Assembly: GCA_040256005.1 (NCBI GenBank)
Contig: JBDZWC010000025.1
Span: 1-29,764, forward strand
Direction: 5' to 3'
Source: Deinococcaceae bacterium
Lineage (GTDB): Bacteria; Deinococcota; Deinococci; Deinococcales; Trueperaceae
Length of the DNA: 29,764 nucleotides
Shown: positions 9,356 through 18,655 of the stretch, in pieces
Numbering within the stretch: position 1 is the stretch's first letter
Layout: every line of letters starts with the position of its first letter
Notes under the pieces: generated by a model
Database searches by the model: none
Seen by the model: the letters and a program-made list of their open reading frames with translations, nothing else
Told to the model about the DNA's origin: nothing
Made by a program: the position numbers and the translations under genes

Positions 9356-9386
9356 GCGGCGGCGGGCCATCCGCGCCCGCCGCCGC
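9356..9386 (+). other. Intergenic GC-rich stem-loop after the substrate-binding gene
   Basis: Perfect 12-bp stem GCGGCGGCGGGC (9356-9367) / GCCCGCCGCCGC (9375-9386), 7-nt loop, no U-tract. Confidence 0.6.
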
Positions 9387-9399
9387 GCCGATCCGCAGG

Positions 9400-10188
9400 A
9401 TGGCCCCGCTCCTCGAGCTCGACTCCGTCACCCTCACCTTCCGGGGCCTGACCGCGCTCGCGGGTGTCAGCTTCGGCCTCGAGGAGGGTCAGGTGACGGC
9501 GCTCATAGGCCCCAACGGCGCGGGCAAGACGAGCGTCTTCAACGTCGTCTGCGGCTTCTACCGCCCACAGGCGGGGCGCGTCAGCTGGCGGGGCCGCGAC
9601 ATCACCGGCCTCGCACCGCCCAGGGTCGCCGCGTTGGGCATTGGGCGCAGCTTCCAGAACATCGAGCTGTTCAAGAACATGACCTGCCTCGAGAACCTTC
9701 TCCTCGGCAGGCACATGCACGTCCGCGCCACCCTCTTCGACGCGCTCTTCGCCACGCCGCGCTGGACGCGCGACGAGGTGAGGCAGAGGCGGCGCGCCGA
9801 GGAGCTCATGGACCTGCTCGACCTGCAGGCGTTCAGGGAGCAGCCCGTGGGCTCGCTGCCTTACGGCGTCCAGAAGCTCATCGAGGTGGCACGGGCCCTC
9901 GCCACCGAGCCGTCTCTGCTGCTCCTCGACGAGCCGACAGCCGGGATGACCGTCGAGGAGAAGGAGGACACGATGGTCACGCTCCTGCGGCTGCGCGAGG
10001 AGCTCGACCTGACCATGCTCGTCGTCGAGCACGACCTGCGCGTCGTGGGCGGCATGGCCGACAGGGTCGTCGTCCTCGACCATGGCAGCCTCATCGCCGA
10101 CGGGGCTCCTCGCGACGTGCAGGACGACCCGGCCGTCGTCGCCGCCTACCTGGGTAGCTCGAAGATGGCCGCCGAGGGGGCCGCATGA
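9400..10188 (+). CDS. HAAT/Liv-type ABC transporter ATP-binding protein (LivG-like)
   Basis: GPNGAGKT, GIGRSFQN, LPYGVQKLIEVARAL, LLLDEP, VEHD, VVAAYLG. Confidence 0.94.
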   Translation: MAPLLELDSVTLTFRGLTALAGVSFGLEEGQVTALIGPNGAGKTSVFNVVCGFYRPQAGRVSWRGRDITGLAPPRVAALGIGRSFQNIELFKNMTCLENLLLGRHMHVRATLFDALFATPRWTRDEVRQRRRAEELMDLLDLQAFREQPVGSLPYGVQKLIEVARALATEPSLLLLDEPTAGMTVEEKEDTMVTLLRLREELDLTMLVVEHDLRVVGGMADRVVVLDHGSLIADGAPRDVQDDPAVVAAYLGSSKMAAEGAA

Positions 10189-11009
10189 CCGCCATGCCCA
10201 CGCCAGGCATGGGGGAAGGCAGCGGCGGCGGACCGTACCTCGAGCTCGTCACGGTCGAGAGCGGCTATCACCGCCAGCTGCGCGTCCTCAAGGGCGTTTC
10301 CCTGACCGTGAGCCGGGGCCAGTGCGTGGCCGTGCTCGGCTCGAACGGCGCTGGCAAGAGCACGATGCTCAAGACGGTGATGGGCCTCATCGACGACGAG
10401 CCGCGCAAGGGGCGCGTCCGTGTCGGGGGGCGCGACGTCACGCGCTGGGGCACCGAGTCGATCTCGCAAGCAGGCATCGCCTACGTCGTGGAGGACCGCG
10501 GCATGTTCCCAGACCTGACGGTGGGCGAGAGCCTGCTGCTTGGCGCCTACCACCGGCGGGACCGGAAGGGCGTGCAGGAGGACCTGGAGCGAATCTACGC
10601 GACGTTCCCGCGCCTGGCCGAGCGCAACCGGCAGGAGTGCGGCACTCTGTCCGGCGGCGAGCAGCAGATGCTGGCGATCTCGCGGGCGCTGATGAGCCGG
10701 CCCAAGGTGCTGTTGCTGGACGAGCCCAGCTTGGGGCTGGCGCCGCTGCTCGTCGAGGAGATCTTCGCCGTCATCAGGCGGATCACGGGGGAGGGCATGG
10801 GGGTCCTGCTCGTGGAGCAGAACGCGAACCAGGCCCTCAACATCGCCGACTACGGGTACGTGCTGGAGGGCGGTCGCTTCGTGCTCGAGGGCACCGCGAC
10901 CGACTTGCGCGGCAACGACAACGTCCGCGAGTTCTACCTGGGGGTCAGCGCCAGATCGGTAGAGACGCCACGCTTGCACGTCAGGCGCCGGCGGCGCCGG
11001 TGGAACTGA
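10185..11009 (+). CDS. HAAT/Liv-type ABC transporter ATP-binding protein (LivF-like)
   Basis: GSNGAGKST, FPRLAER, LSGGEQQMLAISRAL, LLDEPSLGLAP, VEQN, VREFYLG. ATGA overlap. Confidence 0.94.
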   Translation: MTAMPTPGMGEGSGGGPYLELVTVESGYHRQLRVLKGVSLTVSRGQCVAVLGSNGAGKSTMLKTVMGLIDDEPRKGRVRVGGRDVTRWGTESISQAGIAYVVEDRGMFPDLTVGESLLLGAYHRRDRKGVQEDLERIYATFPRLAERNRQECGTLSGGEQQMLAISRALMSRPKVLLLDEPSLGLAPLLVEEIFAVIRRITGEGMGVLLVEQNANQALNIADYGYVLEGGRFVLEGTATDLRGNDNVREFYLGVSARSVETPRLHVRRRRRRWN

Positions 11010-11033
11010 GCACCCGAGCTCGCGGGCCGGCCC

Positions 11034-11067
11034 AAGAAGAACGCCCGGAGCATCGCTGCCCCGGGCG
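11034..11067 (-). terminator. Intrinsic terminator of the cold-shock gene
   Basis: - strand CGCCCGGGGCA-GCGA-TGCTCCGGGCG stem followed by TTCTTCTT. Confidence 0.7.
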
Positions 11068-11090
11068 CTATCGATCGCTAGTCTGTCAGG

Positions 11091-11318
11091 TCAGTAGCGA
11101 CCGCCGGCGGCCTGCGTGGTCACGACCACGTTGGCGGCCTGGAGGCCCTTCTTGCCCTGTTCGACGTCGAAAGTGACTTCGTCGCCTTCGTTGAGGTTGC
11201 GGAAGCCGGAGCCCTGGATAGCCGAGAAGTGAACGAACACGTCAGGCTGACCGCCGCCCTGCTCGATGAACCCGAAGCCCTTTTCGCCGCTGAACCACTT
11301 GACTCTACCTGTTGCCAT
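11091..11318 (-). CDS. Cold-shock protein (CspA family)
   Basis: [18 protein letters not shown] (RNP1), DVFVHFSAI (RNP2), [10 protein letters not shown]. Confidence 0.97.
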   Translation of the reverse strand: MATGRVKWFSGEKGFGFIEQGGGQPDVFVHFSAIQGSGFRNLNEGDEVTFDVEQGKKGLQAANVVVTTQAAGGRY

Positions 11319-11419
11319 GTACCTTTTCCCAACTGCCCACCGCCAGGCAGTGGGCTACTTCGATTTGGGCCTCTAGGGCCCCCGTTCATGACATCCATCT
11401 GGTTGTCGAGAACGCGGGC

Positions 11420-11448
11420 AGTCTACGCGCCCGACGCGATATTTGCAA
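11420..11448 (-). promoter_or_regulatory. Putative promoter of csp, implying a 5' UTR of about 95 nt
   Basis: - strand TTGCAA (11443-11448), 17-nt spacer, TAGACT (11420-11425). Long 5' UTRs are typical of cspA-type mRNAs. Confidence 0.6.
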
Positions 11449-11500
11449 GCTAGTACGAGACTTGGGTGAGGCCGAGTGGCCGTTCGGTTAAGGTGCGCGC

Positions 11501-12229
11501 ATGGCGAGCGAGCCCACGACCCCGTACGAGACCATGCGGTTCGACCCGGCGCTGACGGGCCAGGGCGGCCCGGTGCCGGGCCTGGCGCGTCTGGAGCGAC
11601 ATTGGGCGCGACTTACGCGATCGTGCGAGTTCACGGAGGTTCCGCTGCACAGGCAGGTCGTGCTGGAAGCCATCGCCGAGGCGGTCGAGGGGGCGAGTGA
11701 GCCCCTGCGGGTGCGTCTGTCGCTCTCCGTCGAGGGCGAGCCCACCGTCATCGTCACGCCCCAGCCGCCGCCCTACCCACAGGGGTTCGCCGACACCCCC
11801 GCCCAGGCGTTGGACTACGCGGGCGACGGTCCGTACCTGAGCGTGGCCGTGGCGACGGAGCCCGTGGACGAGAGCGACCCGGCCAGGCGCTACAAGACCA
11901 CCGATCGCCACCTTTACGAACTGGGCCGCCCGTTCGCCCCGGCGCACGGGCTCGAGGACGTCGTGTTCTTCAACACCAAGGGGGAGCTGGTCGAGGCGGC
12001 CATCTCCTCTGTCTACGTCGGGACCGAGTCCGACCTCGCCACCTCGCCCCTCTCCAGCGGGGCGCTGCCGGGCGTCCTGCGCGAAGAGCTGCTGGAGCGG
12101 GGGCTCGTGCGCGAGGCCGTGCTGCGCGAGGAGGACCTGCGCGCTGCGCCGGTGGTGATGGTCAGCAGCTCGGTGCGCGGGCTGAGAAGGGTGCGCGTCG
12201 AGCCGGGCCGGGTCTCGCTGACGAGCTGA
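11501..12229 (+). CDS. Aminotransferase class IV / aminodeoxychorismate lyase-like (PabC-like)
   Basis: YETMR, LERHWARL, RYKTT (PLP lysine), FFNTKGELVEAAISS, TSPLSSGALPGVLR, SSVRGL. TAAGGT 6 nt before the ATG (leaderless). Confidence 0.85.
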   Translation: MASEPTTPYETMRFDPALTGQGGPVPGLARLERHWARLTRSCEFTEVPLHRQVVLEAIAEAVEGASEPLRVRLSLSVEGEPTVIVTPQPPPYPQGFADTPAQALDYAGDGPYLSVAVATEPVDESDPARRYKTTDRHLYELGRPFAPAHGLEDVVFFNTKGELVEAAISSVYVGTESDLATSPLSSGALPGVLREELLERGLVREAVLREEDLRAAPVVMVSSSVRGLRRVRVEPGRVSLTS

Positions 12230-12302
12230 GCGCCGAGGGTCATGGTGCCGCGTCGGTAGCCGGCGGCCGCAGCGGCACGAAGACCGACGTTACAGTGGCA
12301 TG

Positions 12303-12890
12303 GTGACACGTCCTTCCGGGCCGGATGCCGGCGCCATCGAACCAAGCACCAGTGCGCGCAGTTCTCGTCCCTTCGTCGACTACAGCGCGGAGATGCACGT
12401 CTCGACCAACCCTGCCCTGCGCTGGGTCTTCCGCGCGATCGGGGTCTTCTTCGTCGCTCTCGGGATCGCGGGCTACGTGCTGCCGGGCCTGCCTGGCACC
12501 GTGTTCATCCTCATCGCGGCGTTCTTCTTCGCTCGCTCCAGCCCACGCTTCTACAACTGGCTGATGAACCATCGGACCTTCGGCGGCTGGGTACGCGACT
12601 TCCAGGCCGGCAAGGGCATCCCCGGCTGGGTCAAGGTGTTCGCGCCCAGCATGATCGTCGTGTTCTCGGGGTTCAGCGTCTACGTCTGGGCCAGCAAGGG
12701 CGTGTGGTGGGGCGTGGGACTGACGCTGGTGGTCGCCGGCTACGGCGTCTACTACATCCTCAAGCAGCCTACCCGCACGCCACTGAACGAGGCCCGACCA
12801 CGGCCCGACGTAACGCGTTCCGTGGTCAGGGTCCTGCTGTACGGCCTGGCGCTGAGCGCGGCGCTCTACGCCTGGAACCGGTTCCTGTGA
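12303..12890 (+). CDS. YbaN/DUF454 family membrane protein
   Basis: LGIAGYVLPGLPGTVFILIAAFFFARSSPRFYNWLMNHRTFG signature. Start taken at GTG 12303, 6 nt after TACAGT; ATG 12300 is the alternative. Confidence 0.85.
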   Translation: MTRPSGPDAGAIEPSTSARSSRPFVDYSAEMHVSTNPALRWVFRAIGVFFVALGIAGYVLPGLPGTVFILIAAFFFARSSPRFYNWLMNHRTFGGWVRDFQAGKGIPGWVKVFAPSMIVVFSGFSVYVWASKGVWWGVGLTLVVAGYGVYYILKQPTRTPLNEARPRPDVTRSVVRVLLYGLALSAALYAWNRFL

Positions 12891-13334
12891 TCAGCCTGCG
12901 AGGCTAGCCTCGATCGTCTTCTCGACGCTGGCCAGCGCCTTGGACACCGGGCAATCGCGCCCCGCCTCCTGGGCCTTGGCCTGCAACGTCTGGTCGTCGA
13001 GGCCCTGCGCCTTGACCCGTACCCGCAGCACGCTCTTGGAGATGACCGGCCCCGAGTCGGTCGTGTCCATCTGGACGGACACCTCGGTGTCCACATGGTC
13101 GGGCGTGTGCCCCGCCTTGGTGAGGATGCTCGCCAGGTACATGGAGTAGCAGCCCGCCAGCGCCGCACCGATCAGCTCCTCAGGGTTCGTGCCGTTCTCG
13201 CGGCTGGCTCCCGACTCGAAGCGCGACTTGACCGTGTAGGGCCCCTCGTAGGTACCGCTGGGCAGTCGCATGACGCCCTTGCCGTCCTTCAGGCTGCCTT
13301 CCCAGCGCGCGTTGGCTTTGGTCGTGACCGACAT
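12891..13334 (-). CDS. osmC: OsmC family peroxiredoxin
   Basis: ARWEGSLKDGKG, SRFE...GTNPEELIGAALAGCYSM, CPVSKAL (two catalytic Cys); GGAGG RBS. Confidence 0.93.
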   Translation of the reverse strand: MSVTTKANARWEGSLKDGKGVMRLPSGTYEGPYTVKSRFESGASRENGTNPEELIGAALAGCYSMYLASILTKAGHTPDHVDTEVSVQMDTTDSGPVISKSVLRVRVKAQGLDDQTLQAKAQEAGRDCPVSKALASVEKTIEASLAG

Positions 13335-13355
13335 AGATAGCCTCCTGAAGTGAGC

Positions 13356-15242
13356 CTAACCGAGCTCCAGCTCGTCGTACCCTTCCAGATAACCGCGCGC
13401 CTGCTTGAGGAACATGCGGGCGTACACGCCGCCCCGCTCCAACAGCTCCTCATGGGTGCCCTTCTCCACGACGACCCCGCCCTCGAGCACGACGATCCGC
13501 TCCGCCATGCGCACGGTGCTGAACCGGTGCGAGACGATGATCGTTATGCGGCCCTTGGCGTGGGCGCGCAAAGTTTCGATGACCTCGAACTCGGCGTCGG
13601 CATCCAGGGCGGCCGTGGGCTCGTCGAAGATGAGCACGGAGCCGCCACGGAAGTACAACCGTGCCAAGGCCAGCCTCTGCCACTGACCGCCGGATAGCTG
13701 CCTGCCGCCCTCGAACCACCTACCCAGCATGTTGTCGTAGCGCTCCGGCAGCTTCTCGATGAAGTCGTCCGCACCCGCCCGCTCCGCGGCGGCGATGACC
13801 TCCGGGTCGTTGGCGGCTTCGTCCACGTCGCCCAGCGCGACGTTCTCGCGCACGGTCATCTGGTACTGGCCGTAGTCCTGGAAGACCGTGCTCATCTCGG
13901 CCCTCAGGCTCGAGGGGCTGAAGCGCGTCGCCTCCAGACCGTTGACAAGGATCCGGCCGCTGGAAGGGCGGTAGAGGAACGTCATCAGCTTGATGAGCGT
14001 CGACTTGCCGGCGCCGTTCTCGCCGACGAGCGCCAGCGTCTCGCCCTTGGAGACCTTCAGGTTCACGTCGGTCAGGACGTCCCGTTCGGTGAGCGGGTAG
14101 CGGAAGTAGACGCCCTGCAGCTCGATCGACTCGATGGGGCCGGACCACCTCTCGCCGGCATCGTGGTCGGTGACAGGTAGCTCGAGGAACTCGTAGAGGT
14201 TCCGCATGTAGAGCAGGTTCTGGTAGATGCCCGAGACGCCCGAGAGCAGGTTCGAGAACTGCTGCTGCAGCTGCGAGATGCCCTGGATGAACAGCCCGAA
14301 GTCGCCGACCGTGATCGCCCCGGCGGCGGCGCGCCTCAGCACGACGGCCGTAGCGGCCCCCACCAGACCGGTGGAGGCGAGGGACGCGGCCAGGCCCCAG
14401 CCGCTGCGCCGGCGGATGAGCGACACCAGCTGCCCCCTGAACAGGTGGTAGTACGACTGCCACCGCTCCATGAGGTAGTCGCCGAAACCGAACAGCCGTA
14501 TCTCCTTGACCGCCTGGTCGTTGGTGAGCAGGTTGCCGAGGTAGTTCTGGCGTCTGGCGTCCTGCGCCTGGCGCCTGATCATGCGGTACCCCTCCGTGCC
14601 GAACCGGGACTGCACCCACACGGCCGGAACCGACGCCAGGAGCACCAGCGGGACCACGGCCCAGCCCAGTTGGGCCATGAGCGCGCTGACCGACCCGAGG
14701 GTGACGACGGCCTGGCCCAGCGTGATGATCTGGGAGAAGACGCCCAGCGGCCTGCTCCCCACCTCCCGGTAGGCGTTCTGAAGCGAGTCGTAGACCTGCG
14801 GGTCCTCGAACTGCGCCAGCTCCAGGTCACCCGCCTTGGCGAGGATCTTCCTGCTGATCCGGTTCTGGAGAGTGTCGCCGAGCAACTCCCGGTTCGCGCC
14901 CTGCACGATGCCCACGACGTTGCCGCCGGCCACCAGAGCGACCTGCAGCAAAAGCAGTCCCAGGAGCGAGGCGAAGGCCTCCTCCGGCGTGCCTGCGGTG
15001 CCGCCGATAGCGGCCGCCACCTGGTCGAGCAGCAGCTTCGCGACCCACATGTTGGCGGCGGGCAAGCCCGCCTGCACGAGCGACAGGACCGCGATGGCGA
15101 CGGTGCGCCCGGGGCTCGCCTCCCAAACGAGGGAGAGCGTGGTGCCGAGGTCGCGGAGATGCGTGCCGAGGCTCACCGGTGGTGGTGGTTCGGTCTGCGG
15201 CGGTCGCCTCACGGCGGGCAATGTAACCCTCGGAAAGCCCAC
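13356..15242 (-). CDS. ABC transporter, fused permease/ATP-binding (exporter type)
   Basis: N-terminal TM domain; Walker A GENGAGKS, Q-loop VFQDY, LSGGQWQRLALAR, IFDEPTAALD, SHRFSTV. Confidence 0.93.
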   Translation of the reverse strand: MGFPRVTLPAVRRPPQTEPPPPVSLGTHLRDLGTTLSLVWEASPGRTVAIAVLSLVQAGLPAANMWVAKLLLDQVAAAIGGTAGTPEEAFASLLGLLLLQVALVAGGNVVGIVQGANRELLGDTLQNRISRKILAKAGDLELAQFEDPQVYDSLQNAYREVGSRPLGVFSQIITLGQAVVTLGSVSALMAQLGWAVVPLVLLASVPAVWVQSRFGTEGYRMIRRQAQDARRQNYLGNLLTNDQAVKEIRLFGFGDYLMERWQSYYHLFRGQLVSLIRRRSGWGLAASLASTGLVGAATAVVLRRAAAGAITVGDFGLFIQGISQLQQQFSNLLSGVSGIYQNLLYMRNLYEFLELPVTDHDAGERWSGPIESIELQGVYFRYPLTERDVLTDVNLKVSKGETLALVGENGAGKSTLIKLMTFLYRPSSGRILVNGLEATRFSPSSLRAEMSTVFQDYGQYQMTVRENVALGDVDEAANDPEVIAAAERAGADDFIEKLPERYDNMLGRWFEGGRQLSGGQWQRLALARLYFRGGSVLIFDEPTAALDADAEFEVIETLRAHAKGRITIIVSHRFSTVRMAERIVVLEGGVVVEKGTHEELLERGGVYARMFLKQARGYLEGYDELELG

Positions 15243-15354
15243 CTACCTCGCACCCAACACTCAGAACTGGGTGCTAGCTTCCATTTACTTCGAACCCATG
15301 GGGACACGCCTCTCGGACCCCCGGAGGCGATCCCTGCACCGGGAGGTGAGGGAC

Positions 15355-15717
15355 ATGGCCGACACGCCCGAACTGAGGAGAGAGCTGAACACGCTCAAGC
15401 AAGACCTTGCCGCCCTGCGAGGAGACGTCACGACGCTCTCGGAGTCGAGCGCTCGCACCGCCAAGGAGGGCGCCGAGGCGATCTACAACGCGGCCAAGGA
15501 GGCCACGGCTCAAGCGAGGGAGAAACTGATGCAAGAGGCAGACGCTCTGATGCAGAAGGTCAAGACCAGTGCCAGGGACGTGGCAGGCACCGTCAAGGAG
15601 AGCGGCCAGGCCGCACTCCACGAGGTGGAGGACACCGTCAAGGAGCGCCCCATGACGTCGGTGCTGACGGCCCTCGGGGTCGGCTTCGTCGTCGGCATGC
15701 TCCTGTCCCGTCGCTGA
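15355..15717 (+). CDS. DUF883 / YqjD-ElaB family tail-anchored protein
   Basis: Helical Ala/Glu/Lys-rich body and C-terminal VKERPMTSVLTALGVGFVVGMLLSRR; GGAGGTG RBS before ATG 15355. Confidence 0.85.
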   Translation: MADTPELRRELNTLKQDLAALRGDVTTLSESSARTAKEGAEAIYNAAKEATAQAREKLMQEADALMQKVKTSARDVAGTVKESGQAALHEVEDTVKERPMTSVLTALGVGFVVGMLLSRR

Positions 15718-15749
15718 CCCCTACGTGAAGACGCCGAGGCGAGGCACCC

Positions 15750-16049
15750 ATGGTTAGGAACCTAGCGGAGCTCGGCATCGCCTTCGTGGAGCTGGTGGAG
15801 GCCGAGGCGAGGTCACTGGCCACGGGCACCAAGCGCACGGCCGCCGCGGCCGCGGCCATGGTCATCGTGGCCATGGTCGCCGGCTCCATGCTCGTCATCG
15901 GCACGGGCTTGTTGATCTGGGCCCTCTATACGGTGTTCACCGACTACTTCACGACGGCCGGCGCCCTGGCGTTGACGGGTGCTGCGGTCTGGCTCGTGTT
16001 CGGAGGTGGCGCATGGCTCGCGATCAGCATGATGCGCCGGCGGACCTAG
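15750..16049 (+). CDS. Small two-TM membrane protein (YqjE / holin-like family position)
   Basis: ELVEAEARS followed by two hydrophobic helices; lies after the DUF883 gene as in yqjDEK operons. Confidence 0.65.
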   Translation: MVRNLAELGIAFVELVEAEARSLATGTKRTAAAAAAMVIVAMVAGSMLVIGTGLLIWALYTVFTDYFTTAGALALTGAAVWLVFGGGAWLAISMMRRRT

Positions 16050-16351
16050 CCGTCGAGGTCGCCAAGCTCAAGGTGCGGGTGGCCGCCGAGAAGGCCGAGC
16101 CGGGCCGGGTGCTGAGGCGCGGCATCAGGTCCTCCCCCCTGCCGTCGGTGGCTGGCGCCTTGGGCGCCGGCACCCTGCTGGCCCTGCTGCGGGGCCGAGG
16201 AGGGCGCGCCGACGCCGCCAGGGTGGGTCGCAGGGGCGGCGTGGGTGCCTTGCTCACGGCACTGGCGGCGCAGGCGGCGCTGCGCTACCTGCCAGAGCTC
16301 CTCAGTTCCGAGAGGACCGCTGGAGGAGTCGACGCGGAAACCGGTCTCTGA
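16013..16351 (+). CDS. Hypothetical membrane-associated protein (YqjK-like position)
   Basis: GGAGG RBS before ATG 16013; hydrophobic SPLPSVAGALGAGTLLALL segment; third gene of the unit. Confidence 0.55.
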   Translation: MARDQHDAPADLAVEVAKLKVRVAAEKAEPGRVLRRGIRSSPLPSVAGALGAGTLLALLRGRGGRADAARVGRRGGVGALLTALAAQAALRYLPELLSSERTAGGVDAETGL

Positions 16352-16366
16352 CGCGCGGGAGCGGGC

Positions 16367-16906
16367 CTACTGGGTCTTCTGGTCGTGGCCTTGGGGCGGG
16401 ATCGAGATGTACCGCCAGCCGCTGCCCCTGATGTGCTTGCCGAGCAGCACGATCTGACCGACGTGATGACCGTTGTGGTCGAACGTCCTCAGCAAGGCGT
16501 CCAGCACGGAGTGCTCCTGCCCGCGGATCGTCACCGTTCGCCATAGGTCCTCGCTGACGAGGCCGGCGGTCGCGGAGAACAGCTTCTCCCAGCCAGCGTC
16601 CCACTCCGTCAAGATCTCGCTGGGGCTCAGCGAGGTGGGCGTGAACTCGCCTTCCCTGTTCCTGTCGGGTTTCTCCCCATCCGACGTCAGGAAATCGGTG
16701 TACCGCGACCTCAGGTTGCCGGCCAGGTGACGGGCCAGCACCGCCACGGAGTTGGCGTTGCCGCCAACCTTCGCGTGCCAGTCGGGCACCTCGAGCTGGG
16801 CGAAGACCTTCTCGGCCTGGGCCTTCTGGGCCGCGAAGCGCTGGCGCAGCTCCTTGATGAACAGCGTCCCGAGGTTCTCGTCCGACATGTCTACGGGTGG
16901 CGTCAT
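16367..16906 (-). CDS. DinB superfamily protein (DUF1572)
   Basis: NSVAVLARHLAGNLRSRYTDFLTSDGEKPDRNREGEF and H-x-x-x-HVGQIV metal-binding motif. TAGCAT 5 nt before the ATG. Confidence 0.88.
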   Translation of the reverse strand: MTPPVDMSDENLGTLFIKELRQRFAAQKAQAEKVFAQLEVPDWHAKVGGNANSVAVLARHLAGNLRSRYTDFLTSDGEKPDRNREGEFTPTSLSPSEILTEWDAGWEKLFSATAGLVSEDLWRTVTIRGQEHSVLDALLRTFDHNGHHVGQIVLLGKHIRGSGWRYISIPPQGHDQKTQ

Positions 16907-17011
16907 GGCACATGCTAGGGGTGCCGCGCACGCGGAAGCAACGGCCCCGGAACCGCTGCGCTCACCACGAGATCGTCGACGGCCGCCTTCAGACCATAGG
17001 CTTTAGCGACA

Positions 17012-17683
17012 GTGGTCGACCCCGCCTCCTTCGTCACAGCCGCCAAGGCAGCCCTAACGCTGTCGATGGAGCGACTGGCGGTGGTGCCTTCCCTACCGGA
17101 CGCGAGCACCGCAACCCTGCTCATCGTGCTGTTGGCCGGCGTCTCGGAGGCCGCGGGCGAGAGCGTCGTCCTGTTCGTCAACCGGGTCAGGCCGCGCCGT
17201 TTCTTCCTGAGCCTGGCCGTCTCCGGCCTGCTGTTCGTGTTCACCTACCTGTTCCTGTCCGGCAGCGTCATCGCGGTGACGCGCTGGCTGCTGGGCCCTG
17301 ACGTGCGGGCGTTCGACATGGCGATAGTCGTGGGCGCGGCGTTCGCTCCGCGCATGTTCGGTTTCCTCGGCTTCCTCCCCTACTTCGGCCAACCGCTGGG
17401 CGCGCTGCTGCAAGCCTGGTCGGTGCTCGCGGCGCTGCGCGGGGTGAGGGCGGTGCTGGGCGCAGGGATCTTGGAGGCGATCGCCGCGGTCGCACTGGGC
17501 GCGTTGTTGCTGGCCGTGCTGCAGCGCACGGTGGGACTGCCGCTCGTCTACGTGGCCCGTCGGCTCCTTAGCGCCACCGCCGGCGTGAGGCTCACGTCCA
17601 TCGACGAGGCCGTCGAGCTGAGCGCGGCAGAAGACGACGTCCTGGAAGATGAGGTAGCGCGAGACGGGGTGGCCGAAGAGTGA
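17012..17683 (+). CDS. Uncharacterised multi-pass membrane protein
   Basis: About 5 hydrophobic segments, LAGVSEAAGESVVLFVNRVRPRRF motif, acidic tail; GTGA overlap with the next gene. Confidence 0.75.
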   Translation: MVDPASFVTAAKAALTLSMERLAVVPSLPDASTATLLIVLLAGVSEAAGESVVLFVNRVRPRRFFLSLAVSGLLFVFTYLFLSGSVIAVTRWLLGPDVRAFDMAIVVGAAFAPRMFGFLGFLPYFGQPLGALLQAWSVLAALRGVRAVLGAGILEAIAAVALGALLLAVLQRTVGLPLVYVARRLLSATAGVRLTSIDEAVELSAAEDDVLEDEVARDGVAEE

Positions 17684-18654
17684 TCTTCGCCGTCATCCTC
17701 GTCGTCACGCTGGCGCTGACGGTGTCGCTGCTCCTGGCTCCCATCGAGGCGCTCGGTTGGTGGGCAGGCTGGTTCGGCGACGCGGGCCACGACGTCGTGT
17801 ACGACCGCCCCACGCCGGGCGCGGAGCCCACACTGCACGTCATCTACCTGGACGGGATAGCCAAGGCTGGCCACGTCAACTACCAGGACGTGCAGGGGTT
17901 CCTCGAGAGGTTGGGACGGGAGCTCCCCGAGGCGGTCGTCCTCGGCGACGTCCTGCCCTACTCGCCATCTGGTAGGGGCCTAACCGAGAGCAGGCCACTG
18001 GCGGCGTTCTGGCGGCGCATGCTCGAGCTCAAGCTGCAGGGCAGGCGACCGCTGCTGTCCTTCTCCATCAACGTGCGCAACATGCTGCAGGTGCTCGTGG
18101 CGTCCGACAGGCGGTACGCCGCCGTGTACGGGCGCGCCGCAGCCATCGCCATCACCGACGCCCTGCTCAAGGGCGGTTACAAGCCGGGCAGCGGCGAACC
18201 GGTCGCGTTGATCGGTTACAGCGGCGGCGCTCAGGTGGCCCTCGTCGCGACGCCCTACCTGAAGCGGACGCTGGACGCGCCTCTGACGCTCGTCTCGCTG
18301 GCTGGCGTGATGGCCAGCGAACCCGGCATGTTGAGCCTGGAGGGCATCTACCACATCGAGTCGAGCCGCGACCGGATCCCTGCCGTGGGGCGCCTCGCGT
18401 TCCCGGGCACGTGGAGCATCTGGCCGCGGTCCTATCTCGCCCGCTTGAGGAATCGCGGCGGGTTCTCCTCGGTGGATCCCGGGCCCATGCGGCACAACGG
18501 CGTCGAGAGCTACCTGGACGACGACGCCTTCATAGGGGGCCGCAGTCATCAGGAGATCACCAGCCGTCTCGTCGCTGGCTACCTCCGCGCATGGATCGGC
18601 TCGGGCGGCGGCCAGAAGACCGTGACCTCATCACACGTGCGAGTACAGTCCTGA
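17680..18654 (+). CDS. Membrane-anchored alpha/beta-hydrolase-fold protein
   Basis: N-terminal TM, IYLDGI strand, nucleophile elbow [10 protein letters not shown], candidate Asp (SRD) and His (GPMRHNG). Confidence 0.75.
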   Translation: MIFAVILVVTLALTVSLLLAPIEALGWWAGWFGDAGHDVVYDRPTPGAEPTLHVIYLDGIAKAGHVNYQDVQGFLERLGRELPEAVVLGDVLPYSPSGRGLTESRPLAAFWRRMLELKLQGRRPLLSFSINVRNMLQVLVASDRRYAAVYGRAAAIAITDALLKGGYKPGSGEPVALIGYSGGAQVALVATPYLKRTLDAPLTLVSLAGVMASEPGMLSLEGIYHIESSRDRIPAVGRLAFPGTWSIWPRSYLARLRNRGGFSSVDPGPMRHNGVESYLDDDAFIGGRSHQEITSRLVAGYLRAWIGSGGGQKTVTSSHVRVQS

Positions 18655-18655
18655 C

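Noticed and set aside
9343..10157. 269-aa alternative-frame ORF starting at GTG 9348 next to an AGGAGG
   Set aside because: Arg/Pro/Gly-rich off-frame translation of the LivG-like gene. The AGGAGG overlaps the GTG, so it cannot serve as its SD.
15355..16351. Holin-like gene suggesting a prophage
   Set aside because: The context matches chromosomal yqjD-yqjE-yqjK-type stress operons; no phage structural, lysin or integrase genes are nearby.
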